DNA from: a bacterium
GTDB taxonomy: Bacteria; Spirochaetota; Spirochaetia; Treponematales; Treponemataceae
Assembly: GCA_963599585.1 (NCBI GenBank)
Contig: CAVBXG010000003.1
Location: 11,346 to 75,345, forward strand
Length of the DNA stretch: 64,000 nt
Direction of reading: 5' to 3'
Part shown: one piece after another, positions 1-8,486 of the stretch
How the letters are laid out: the number at the start of each line of letters is the position of its first letter
Numbering within the stretch: the stretch's first letter is position 1
The notes under the pieces: generated by a model
The model's input: only the letters and a program-made list of their open reading frames with translations
Told to the model about the DNA's origin: nothing
The model's database searches: none
Translations under genes and position numbers: made by a program

Positions 1-397
1 CGGACTTTCCGTCTATCACAACCGCCTGAAGCATATTCCGCTCAACAATATTCGCCTTTCCTTCCAAAAATGAATCAAGTTCGCATTTCCATTCATCTTT
101 TTGAATGCTGGCTATAAATCCAAATTCTCCAAAATTTATCGGAAAGACAGGAATTCCTCGTTCAACGCAGCCACGCGCCGCAAAAAGAACAGTTCCATCG
201 CCACCAAGAGTTATTACAAAATCCGCGGACAAAAAAGGATTAGTTTTTGAATTATCAAATTTTTCCGCCTCAGAAAATCCGTCAAATGAAAAAATAGTTG
301 AATCAATTTTTTTCCTTTTTAGATATTCAGAAATAAACTGACCCATTTCCTGAGACTCTTTTTTGTGAGTGTTTACAATTATAAGGCAATTTTTCAT
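1..397 (-). CDS. nadK: NAD kinase, N-terminal part (C-terminus lies outside the window)
   Basis: Reverse-strand translation from ATG at 397 reads MKNCLIIVNTHKKESQEMGQFISEYL...ADFVITLGGDGTVLFAARG...FPINFGEFGF. The GGDGT motif and overall pattern match the NAD kinase family. The frame stays open to the window edge. Confidence 0.75.
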   Translation of the reverse strand, partial: MKNCLIIVNTHKKESQEMGQFISEYLKRKKIDSTIFSFDGFSEAEKFDNSKTNPFLSADFVITLGGDGTVLFAARGCVERGIPVFPINFGEFGFIASIQKDEWKCELDSFLEGKANIVERNMLQAVVIDGKS

Positions 398-400
398 TCT

Positions 401-1540
401 TTACGGCAAAGTTCCCAAAACTTTCACTATTTTAGCGACTTGTGAATGAGTAAGCCGCGGATAAAGAGGAAATAAAGCGCACCGCAAGTACAAAGATTTT
501 GCCTTTATGCAGTCCGAAGAAATCTCCTCCTGTTTTAAAGCCATTACAGAATCCTCGTAAGCCTGACAGATTTCAATATCTTTTTTTGCGGCATACTGTT
601 TTATGTCTTTGAATGAAGTTGTAAGAATCAGCGGAAAACAGCACATTGTCGAAGTGTAATCATAAGTTTCCTCTGAGGAATTCTCACCTTCTGTTTTTGG
701 AGCCGCGACCGCAGAAACACCTTTTGCCGCCGGAACAACAGCTCCAGAACCGCGGATAAACATCTTGTGTCTGCCACTCATGCAAGCACGCTGATACAAG
801 GCAAAAATCTTCTTACGCTGAAGCTCATTGTGCTTAAATTCTTTCAGTTGAACCCATCCCAACGCGCAATTCAAATCCGGAAGCAATTCAGTTCTTGGCA
901 TTGACTCAACAAATTTCTTCAGCACAATCCATTCGCGGCGGTTCGGAGCCATAAGAACTGCACCTCCACCAGCTGTAACAACATCACGCTCCTCAAGCCC
1001 AAGAATTGTAAAAACGCCCAAAGAACCGGCTTTCCGACCTTCAATAGGATTATTATTCTCATCAAATGCAGGGAAAAAAGAACCTGCACTTTTTGAAACA
1101 TCCTCAATAACTGGAATTCCAAGCGCATTTATCTCATCGATTTCAGGAAGAATTCCCATTGACTCATGAAGCAAAAGAAGCCGACCGCCCTTTTCTATTC
1201 CTTTTTTTACAAGTTCTGCATTTACAAGCCCGGAATTTTCATCAACGTCAAGTATAATCGGTCTGTAGCCTAAATCAACAATCGCCTGATAATGCCATGC
1301 CGGAGCAAGAGCTGAAATCATTATAGCTTCACCGGATTTAAAATCCATCGAACGCAGCGCATATTTCAACGCAGACGCAGGATTTCTTAACGCAACCGCA
1401 CCGTCACATCCAAAAAAATCCTTTACCGTCTGAATAAATCTGCCGTTAAGCTCGCCAGGCCCAATACGCTCATCAACCATGCAGGTAAGCACGGCATCCA
1501 TTTCTTTACGTCGAATTGTTGTACTAAAAGTCTGAATCAT
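401..1540 (-). CDS. DegT/DnrJ/EryC1/StrS-family PLP-dependent aminotransferase-like protein
   Basis: 379-aa ORF with family-typical layout (GPGELNGRF..., ALRNPASALKYAL, VIEDVSKSAG, TAGGGAVLMAPN). The expected Schiff-base lysine position looks substituted (see findings). Confidence 0.7.
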   Translation of the reverse strand: MIQTFSTTIRRKEMDAVLTCMVDERIGPGELNGRFIQTVKDFFGCDGAVALRNPASALKYALRSMDFKSGEAIMISALAPAWHYQAIVDLGYRPIILDVDENSGLVNAELVKKGIEKGGRLLLLHESMGILPEIDEINALGIPVIEDVSKSAGSFFPAFDENNNPIEGRKAGSLGVFTILGLEERDVVTAGGGAVLMAPNRREWIVLKKFVESMPRTELLPDLNCALGWVQLKEFKHNELQRKKIFALYQRACMSGRHKMFIRGSGAVVPAAKGVSAVAAPKTEGENSSEETYDYTSTMCCFPLILTTSFKDIKQYAAKKDIEICQAYEDSVMALKQEEISSDCIKAKSLYLRCALFPLYPRLTHSQVAKIVKVLGTLP

Positions 1541-1551
1541 TTTTCAAGTAT

Positions 1552-2031
1552 TTAAAAATTTCCTACAATTTTTTGAAGTTCCTTCGGATTAAACAGTCTG
1601 ACAATATCCAGAATTATCAGATAGCCGTTATCATTTCTGACAACACCTCTTATATATTCGCTGCCTATTCCTCCAGACATTCTTGGAGCTGCCTGAATTT
1701 CAGAAGAATTCACCGTTGCAACCCTTGAAACCCGGTCAATTATTATACCAAGCTGATTTCCATCAATATTTAAAATTATAAATCCGCTTTCAAGCTCATC
1801 AAGTTCATCTTCGCCACTTGCAAAAGCAATATTAAAACGCCGGTGAAGATCAATTATCGGAATAATTTCACCACGAAGGTTCAAAATTCCGACCATATAA
1901 TTTGGAGCATTTGGAATCGGACGAATTGGCTGGATTCTTACAATCTCTTTTACAGACATAATATCCACACCATATAACTCGTTTCCCAGACGGAACGTAA
2001 CTAACTGTATCTGCGAATCTTCAGTATCCAT
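1552..2031 (-). CDS. cheW: Chemotaxis coupling protein CheW
   Basis: QLVTFRLGNELYGVDIMSVKEIVRI...VGILNLRGEIIPIIDL is a classic CheW domain. ATG 2031 is preceded by AGAGGA. Longer starts at 2052 and 2076 (TTG) are possible. Confidence 0.85.
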   Translation of the reverse strand: MDTEDSQIQLVTFRLGNELYGVDIMSVKEIVRIQPIRPIPNAPNYMVGILNLRGEIIPIIDLHRRFNIAFASGEDELDELESGFIILNIDGNQLGIIIDRVSRVATVNSSEIQAAPRMSGGIGSEYIRGVVRNDNGYLIILDIVRLFNPKELQKIVGNF

Positions 2032-2098
2032 AAAATCCTCTACAATAAGCATACTATGAAAAATCCCTTTTTGCAATTAATTAGCTCCATCTGCCGCA

Positions 2099-2866
2099 TT
2101 AGCGGTCTACAGAAAACAAAGCTACAGCGAACACTTTTTTGCATCCAGCCTCTTTCAATTTTTCAGCGCAAGACTCAATTGTACTTCCTGTGGTAAGAAC
2201 ATCATCCACAAGGCAGACAACTTCCGGCACAATTTTCACATCTGCGTTCAAAGAATATGCTTTCCCGATCATTTCCATTCTTTGATTGCGTTCAAGAGTC
2301 TTCTGCTCAACATTTGTATGCCGACACAAAATTCTTCTGACATTCCAATTGTACCTGAATTCAAGAATCTGGCTTATTTCATCTACTTGATCCCAGCCTT
2401 TGGATTTTATTTTCCCCGGTCTAGGCGGAACAGGAACCACAACAAATTCCCCATTCATCTTCCAAATCTGACTTAACCTTTCATTCATCAGTTCTGCAAG
2501 AAAATCAGAAAAAATCCGTTCGTCCTCAAGTTTCCACCTGCACAACAAACTTGTATTCCACAAACGATACGAAAACAGCGGAAAAGCACCGTCCAAATGT
2601 TTCATAAGGACATCTTTTCTACATTCCATACAGACATCGTTTTCAGAAATAAGTTCCTTGCCGCAGAATTTACAAACTCCAACGCCGACAGGTTTTACCG
2701 CAAAAAATTTCTTCCGGCAATCCGTGCACACAGGCAGAAGTCCTGAGTCATTTCCGCAGACAATACATTCGCTTCCACCCGCAAAAAATGAAAAAACAGA
2801 ACGCCCGAACCTTAGCGCGACAGACTGAATACCGAAAATAATTTTGTTCACATTTATATATAGCAA
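2099..2866 (-). CDS. comF: ComF-family protein (zinc-ribbon plus phosphoribosyltransferase domain)
   Basis: N-terminal CxxC pairs (CIVCGN...CTDCRKKF, CKFCGK...CMECR) and a C-terminal PRT motif VCLVDDVLTTGSTIESCAEKLKEAG. Confidence 0.8.
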   Translation of the reverse strand: MLYINVNKIIFGIQSVALRFGRSVFSFFAGGSECIVCGNDSGLLPVCTDCRKKFFAVKPVGVGVCKFCGKELISENDVCMECRKDVLMKHLDGAFPLFSYRLWNTSLLCRWKLEDERIFSDFLAELMNERLSQIWKMNGEFVVVPVPPRPGKIKSKGWDQVDEISQILEFRYNWNVRRILCRHTNVEQKTLERNQRMEMIGKAYSLNADVKIVPEVVCLVDDVLTTGSTIESCAEKLKEAGCKKVFAVALFSVDR

Positions 2867-2899
2867 ATAAAAATCAAAAACTGAAACAAATCACAAAAA

Positions 2900-5503
2900 T
2901 TATCTTCCAGAAAGCGCTTTTTTCCACCTTGAAATAGCTTGAAGGGCGGCCAACGGCGTCATATTATCCGGATCTGCAGAAAGAATTTCGTCCAGAACAA
3001 TTTCCTCATCGCTAAAAAGTCCCGGCGCAACGGGATTTTGCCTTGCAAGCTCAGTTTCCTTGTACTCAGGAATTTCATCAAGAACAGGCTTGTTTTCCGC
3101 AACATTCTGGATATGACAAAGAATTTCATTCGCGCGTTTTATTACAATTTCTGGAACACCGGCAAGTTTTGCAACATGAATTCCATAAGAATTTTCACTT
3201 GCGCCGACTTTTATCTTCCGCAAAAAAGTAACAGATTCACCCTGCTCAGAGACTTCCATGCACAAAAGCTCAAGATTTTTATGCTCAATTCTAGTCAATT
3301 CGTGGTAATGCGTCGCAAACAAAGTTCGGCATTTTATATTGTTCAAAAGATATTCGCTCACAGCCCAGGCAATAGAAAGTCCGTCTTCCGTGCTTGTTCC
3401 TCGCCCGACCTCATCCATTATGACCAGAGATTTTTCAGTCGCAGAGCGCAGAATATTTGCGGTTTCCGTCATTTCAACAAGAAAAGTCGATTCACCGCGC
3501 GCAAGATTATCGCTTGCCCCAACACGGCAAAAAATCCGGTCAACAACGCCGATTTCAGCAGATTCAGCAGGAACAAAAGAACCTGTCTGTGCAAGAAGCG
3601 CAATCAATGCATTCTGCCGCAAAAAAGTGCTTTTTCCAGCCATATTCGGTCCCGTAATAAGGCAAAAAGTTTTTGCGTCAGATTTTTCCGCCGAAATATC
3701 CAAGTCGTTTGGAACAAATTCCCCGGAAGGCAGATGTTTTTCAACAACAGGATGACGACCTTTTTTCACATTGAAAATTCCAGAGTCAACAACATCCGGG
3801 CGAACCCAATTGTTCAGAACCGCAGCCTTTGCAAAAGAGGAAGCCGCATCCGTATAAGCAATTTCAGAAGCCGTCTGCATAAGGTACGGCACATAATCGT
3901 GGAGTTTTGTGCGGATTTCAACAAACAAGTCGCGCTCAAGCTCAAGAATCTGCGTTCCAGCCTCGTTCAGCTCATGCTCAAGTTCCTGAAGCTTCGCTGT
4001 TGTGTATCGGTCGCCGTTCACAAGGGCTCGGCGCATAATAAAATCTGCAGGAACAGAAGAAAGTTTTCCCTTGCTGATTTCAATGAAATATCCGAACGCA
4101 TTTGTGTTTTTTATCTTCAAATTCGTAATTCCAGTACGCTCACGTTCCTCTTTCTCATAACCAGAAAGAATCTGACCAAAATTATCGTGAACATTTCGCC
4201 AGTGGTCAAGTTCCTCCGACCAGCCTGATTTTATAATTCTTCCTTCCGTCAAAGAAGTCGCCGGATCTTCACAAATCGCATTTTGAATCAAATCAATTAT
4301 TTCAACTGCCGGCGTATCATCAATTGAAGCAAAATCGTATTCAGAAAGCTCATTTCTTGCCTTCAGCCATGCGACAAGACTCGCCTTTAAAGCCTGCAAA
4401 TCTTTTGCATGAGCCCTGTCCATCGCGATTCGCCCGGCCAGACGCTCAACATCCAGAATCGGACTAATTTCTTCCCGCACAGAATCCATCAAATTCCGGT
4501 TTTCGTAAAAAAGCTGAACATGAGATTGGCGCGCATTGATTTTCTGCACATCAGTAAGCGGATACAAAAGCCACTGGCGAATCATGCGGCTTCCCATCGC
4601 GGTTTCAGCGTAATTCAGACATTCAAGAAGGCTGAACTGGGCAGAACCGTCGCGCAAATTTGCAACAACCTCAAGATTACGGCGGCTTGAATCATCAATA
4701 ATAAGATAATTTGTGTCTTTATAAACTTTGATTGATTTTACGTGCGGAACAACTGTATTTGTGGTTTTCGCAAGATAATCAAGAAGAAATCCGGCTGGCG
4801 ACACTTCCGCGGAAGTTTTTTCCAGCCCGAAAGACAAAAGGCTTGCCGTTCCGAACTGTTCCGTCAGTCTTTTGTAAGAAAGCTCTGAATTAAAATCCCA
4901 GTCAGGATAATAAGAAATCGACATGGAAGGATATTGCGCAAGAGAATCCTGAATTACACGGTTCTGCCTAAGCGATTGCGGCAAAAGAATTTCCCGCGGC
5001 GAGCAACGTCCCAATTCTTTTGGAAACTGCTCCGCCATTTCGTTTGAATGCCAGCTGGTCGCAGAAAAAGAGGCTGTTGTAACATCAATAAAAGCAAACC
5101 CAACGCCTCCGTGCGTTACAGCCAATGCCGCAAGAAAATTGTTTGAATTTCCTTCAAGATATTCAGACTCAAGCGCAGTTCCCGGAGTGATTATCTCGAC
5201 AACCTTGCGTTCTGTAAGCCCTTTTGCTTTTGGATCGCCAACCTGCTCGCAGATTACAACTTTTCTTCCAGCCCTAAGAAGCCGCGCAATATAAATTTTT
5301 GCGGCATGGTACGGAATTCCGCACATCGGAGCCGCACCTTTATGAGTCAAAGTTAAATTCAAAAGCCTGGAAACTTCTCCGGCATCGTCAAAGAACATCT
5401 CATAAAAATCGCCAACCCTAAAAAAAAGAATCTCGTTTTTATGTTCACTTTTTATTTTTACGTATTGCTCTAAAACCGGAGTGAGTGCTACATCTGTTTC
5501 CAC
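2900..5503 (-). CDS. mutS: DNA mismatch repair protein MutS
   Basis: 867-aa ORF with TPVLEQYVKIKSEHKNEILFFRVGDFYEMF, Walker A ITGPNMAGKSTFLRQ and DEVGRGTST motifs. Confidence 0.97.
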   Translation of the reverse strand: METDVALTPVLEQYVKIKSEHKNEILFFRVGDFYEMFFDDAGEVSRLLNLTLTHKGAAPMCGIPYHAAKIYIARLLRAGRKVVICEQVGDPKAKGLTERKVVEIITPGTALESEYLEGNSNNFLAALAVTHGGVGFAFIDVTTASFSATSWHSNEMAEQFPKELGRCSPREILLPQSLRQNRVIQDSLAQYPSMSISYYPDWDFNSELSYKRLTEQFGTASLLSFGLEKTSAEVSPAGFLLDYLAKTTNTVVPHVKSIKVYKDTNYLIIDDSSRRNLEVVANLRDGSAQFSLLECLNYAETAMGSRMIRQWLLYPLTDVQKINARQSHVQLFYENRNLMDSVREEISPILDVERLAGRIAMDRAHAKDLQALKASLVAWLKARNELSEYDFASIDDTPAVEIIDLIQNAICEDPATSLTEGRIIKSGWSEELDHWRNVHDNFGQILSGYEKEERERTGITNLKIKNTNAFGYFIEISKGKLSSVPADFIMRRALVNGDRYTTAKLQELEHELNEAGTQILELERDLFVEIRTKLHDYVPYLMQTASEIAYTDAASSFAKAAVLNNWVRPDVVDSGIFNVKKGRHPVVEKHLPSGEFVPNDLDISAEKSDAKTFCLITGPNMAGKSTFLRQNALIALLAQTGSFVPAESAEIGVVDRIFCRVGASDNLARGESTFLVEMTETANILRSATEKSLVIMDEVGRGTSTEDGLSIAWAVSEYLLNNIKCRTLFATHYHELTRIEHKNLELLCMEVSEQGESVTFLRKIKVGASENSYGIHVAKLAGVPEIVIKRANEILCHIQNVAENKPVLDEIPEYKETELARQNPVAPGLFSDEEIVLDEILSADPDNMTPLAALQAISRWKKALSGR

Positions 5504-5507
5504 AAAA

Positions 5508-6029
5508 TTATCTTCCTAACTCGGCGATTACTTGTTCTGTAATATCAACTGAATTTGAATACCACAAAATCGCATTTGACTGCTGAAGGCTTAAAATCAT
5601 ACTGTAACCGCCTGATTCTGCAATTTTTGAAAGAGTATCGTACAAATTGTTGTAAAAAGTATCCGAACCTTGAAGAGTTTTCTGCATAGACTCAAGCTCA
5701 ACATTTTTTGCATTCGTGTACTCAACAACAAAATCAGTCTTTTTTGTGATTTCAGCCTGAGTTCTTTGAACCATCGCATCGTTTCCGGCTTTTTCATAAT
5801 CCATCTTTTTAGCCTGAAGTTTCTGAAGCTCTTCTGTGTATTTGTTTATTTCCTGCTGAAAATCAGCCTTTTTCTTTTCATAATTTCTTACAGAAGTTGA
5901 ATTTCTGAAATAAGCGTTGTAAACCTTTGCTGTATCAACAACACCGAATTTTGTTATCTGCTGAGCCGAAAGCGCCGAGCCTGCAACAAAAATCAAAGCA
6001 AAAAAAACTGATTTTACACTAAATTTCAT
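5508..6029 (-). CDS. skp: Periplasmic chaperone Skp/OmpH family
   Basis: About 170 aa with a signal peptide (MKFSVKSVFFALIFVAGSALSAQ) and a coiled-coil K/E/Q-rich body. It lies immediately downstream of bamA. ATG 6029 is preceded by AGGTGGA, and the GTG at 6038 is part of that RBS. Confidence 0.8.
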   Translation of the reverse strand: MKFSVKSVFFALIFVAGSALSAQQITKFGVVDTAKVYNAYFRNSTSVRNYEKKKADFQQEINKYTEELQKLQAKKMDYEKAGNDAMVQRTQAEITKKTDFVVEYTNAKNVELESMQKTLQGSDTFYNNLYDTLSKIAESGGYSMILSLQQSNAILWYSNSVDITEQVIAELGR

Positions 6030-6043
6030 ATATTCCACCTTTT

Positions 6044-8464
6044 TTATTTATTTGTCATGTTGAATGAAAGAACGAACTGCCATTTGCTGTCCCACTTTAC
6101 TTCTCCGTCTATTACACGGAATTTATTAGCAAAAAGCAAGTGCAGCGGGAACTGCGGAACAAGGAATCTTAAGCCAGGTCCGAAACTGAAATAAAAATCA
6201 TCAAGCTTAAGGTTGTTCAGCAAATCTTCCGGCTCCTGTTTTACGGCAACGGCATCAAAGAATCCGTCAACTCCAAGAATTCCCTGGAACAACGGAAGTC
6301 TAAGTTCAACGCGGTTAGAAAGCATTGCCTTTCCGCGGGTTTCGTTGTAAACATCAGTCCATCCGCGTCCATTGAACATACCATCAATATAAACCTTGCT
6401 GGAATCACCGAACAAAGTTCCCGGAACTGGATAGACAAGCGAGATTCCTGTGTATGCGGCAAGAACCATCTTGAAATTCCAGAATCCATTGAACAACGGA
6501 ACGTCAAAAAGCTTTAAATATGACTCAAGTTTTGTATCAGAGCGAAGATAGAATTCCTTTTCAACTCCAGGAATAAGTCCGTACCAGGCAAGACGCTCGC
6601 TAAAGAACCAGCCTTTTGTCGGGTCATAATTTATGTCGCGGTTATCAAGCGAAGCGTTCATAAAAAGAGAATTCTTTATACCTAAACGGTTCGCAAATTT
6701 GTTTACGCCGGAATCAATCGGAACAAGCAAAGACTCATCATAAATATTGTCTGTAAGAGAATTTGTCATACCGCCGGAAAGCGTAAAAATCGCAAAACTA
6801 GGAAGCCAGCGGCGGCCAAAACTTGTTGCAAGCGAACCGCCGAAAGATTCATAGTTCATATAATAATAGTCATCATCAAAAACACCGTTAGAAAGCTGGC
6901 GCAAAGCAAGCGCATAGGAATTTGAATGATAAAGAGAAAGTGATTCCGAGAACGAAATCGGCTGATTAAAAAGCCAGTTTTCCCTGAAGCCAAAATCAAC
7001 TGACTGCTCGTTTGAGGCAATTGTCACGCCGGAAGAAATTGATTTTCCTGTTCCGCGGAAATTTGAATTCTCGATTTTTGCATAAAGCGAAATCGGCAAA
7101 TCATCAGAATCTTCAATTCCAGAGAAAGTCATACCAAACTGGAGCGATGTAGTGCTCTGCTCTTCCACGGTAATCACAAGGTCAACAAGATTTTCCTCTG
7201 AACCGGAAACAGGTTCTGGAACAATGCTTGAAAAATACTGCGTGTTGTAAAGGTTTCTGAGCCCGGACATAATCTTGTCGCGGCTAAAAACATCACCCGG
7301 CTCAATAGGAAGTTCCCTAAGAATTACGCTTTCCTTGGTTTTTGTATTTCCTTTGATGATGATATTTTCAACGTGCGCGCGCGAGCGTTCTTTTATAGAA
7401 AGCGCATAGCTTACCGTGCGTTTTTCGGAATCTTTGTTTACAGTCGGATAGAATTCATTCGACATATAGCCGTTTTCGTAATACAGATTTGTTATTCCAG
7501 AAAGACCTTCCTGAAATTTCGTCTGATTAAAGACTTCACCATTCTTTAGCTTTATATAAGAAAGAAGTTTTTCTGTTGTAAATATTTCATTTCCAGAAAT
7601 TGTAAGTCCGCTGTAAGTGTACTGCGCTCCTTCAGAAATCACAAAAGTGAGCTCGATTTCCTCGCGCTCCTTCTTTTCGTTATAGGAAGTATTTTCCAGA
7701 ACGTCAATTACACGCGCATCAATATAACCTTTTGTCATGTAATGCGCCACAAGAGACTGCTTGTCTGCTTCAACAGAAGAACGCTGGAACGCGCCATCCT
7801 TTAAAAATCCTTTTTCCTTTAAAGAAATTTTGCTTTTCAGAGTCCGCGCGGAAAAAACTGTGTTTCCAGAAAAATTTATTTGGCTTACAATTGTTGAATT
7901 TCCTTCGTTTACAATAAAAGTCACATCAATTCCTTCTTCGGAATCGCTTGTTGAGACAGAAACTTTCGCATCAATGTAGCCTTTTTTTATATAAAGATCA
8001 CGCAAGGCACGTTCATCAACAAGAGCATTTGACTCAATGTAGACATCGCCGGTTTTCATTGAAACTGTGTCGCGGAGCTCATTGTTCCGGATTTTTCGGT
8101 TTCCCTTGAACTGAATGGATGCGACAACCGCATGTTCCTTTACCGTAAACACAAGATTTACTTTCTCCGGATTTTTCGAATCATGTTTTGCATAAGGCTC
8201 GATGTCCTCAAAATATCCAAGCGAATAAAGGCGGTCAAGAATGTCGTTATAGAATTTTTCATCGAAAACTTTGCCGATAAAACTATTTGTCACGCCAGAA
8301 ACTTCTGATTTTTTTACGCTTCTAAGACCTTCAAAAGAAATTTCAGAAACAGTTTTTCCCCAGAACCAGTCTGAATTATCAGAATTCTGCGCAAAAACTG
8401 AAGCAAAAGAGAAAAATAAAACGACTGAAAGCAAAATCTTAATTTTTTTCAACATCAAGGACAT
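6044..8464 (-). CDS. bamA: Outer membrane protein assembly factor BamA (Omp85 family)
   Basis: About 800 aa with a signal peptide, repeated POTRA-like modules (ISFEGLRSVKKSEV..., IQFKGNRKIRNNELR..., INFSGNTVFSARTLK..., LTISGNEIFTTEKLL..., IIIKGNTKTKESVILREL) and a C-terminal beta-barrel ending in aromatic residues. ATG 8464 is preceded by GGTGGTGGGA. Confidence 0.9.
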   Translation of the reverse strand: MSLMLKKIKILLSVVLFFSFASVFAQNSDNSDWFWGKTVSEISFEGLRSVKKSEVSGVTNSFIGKVFDEKFYNDILDRLYSLGYFEDIEPYAKHDSKNPEKVNLVFTVKEHAVVASIQFKGNRKIRNNELRDTVSMKTGDVYIESNALVDERALRDLYIKKGYIDAKVSVSTSDSEEGIDVTFIVNEGNSTIVSQINFSGNTVFSARTLKSKISLKEKGFLKDGAFQRSSVEADKQSLVAHYMTKGYIDARVIDVLENTSYNEKKEREEIELTFVISEGAQYTYSGLTISGNEIFTTEKLLSYIKLKNGEVFNQTKFQEGLSGITNLYYENGYMSNEFYPTVNKDSEKRTVSYALSIKERSRAHVENIIIKGNTKTKESVILRELPIEPGDVFSRDKIMSGLRNLYNTQYFSSIVPEPVSGSEENLVDLVITVEEQSTTSLQFGMTFSGIEDSDDLPISLYAKIENSNFRGTGKSISSGVTIASNEQSVDFGFRENWLFNQPISFSESLSLYHSNSYALALRQLSNGVFDDDYYYMNYESFGGSLATSFGRRWLPSFAIFTLSGGMTNSLTDNIYDESLLVPIDSGVNKFANRLGIKNSLFMNASLDNRDINYDPTKGWFFSERLAWYGLIPGVEKEFYLRSDTKLESYLKLFDVPLFNGFWNFKMVLAAYTGISLVYPVPGTLFGDSSKVYIDGMFNGRGWTDVYNETRGKAMLSNRVELRLPLFQGILGVDGFFDAVAVKQEPEDLLNNLKLDDFYFSFGPGLRFLVPQFPLHLLFANKFRVIDGEVKWDSKWQFVLSFNMTNK

Positions 8465-8486
8465 GAGAGTTCCCACCACCTTTTAT

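Noticed and set aside
2099-2866. comF together with dprA (50124..51161) and the CoiA-like ORF as evidence for a competence system
   Set aside because: comF and dprA are broadly conserved in non-competent bacteria. The three genes are scattered and not co-localised with any uptake machinery in this window.
2939-4228. 429-aa plus-strand ORF antisense to mutS
   Set aside because: It lies entirely inside a gene with unmistakable MutS motifs. Its translation is low-complexity (R/K/F/N-rich) with no recognisable domain and no RBS. Long stop-free antisense frames are expected with this codon usage.
8273-8280. Third GCCGATAA (plus strand)
   Set aside because: It is antisense within bamA coding sequence. 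The upstream -35 position reads ATTT/AATT rather than TAAA, and there is no downstream plus-strand gene.
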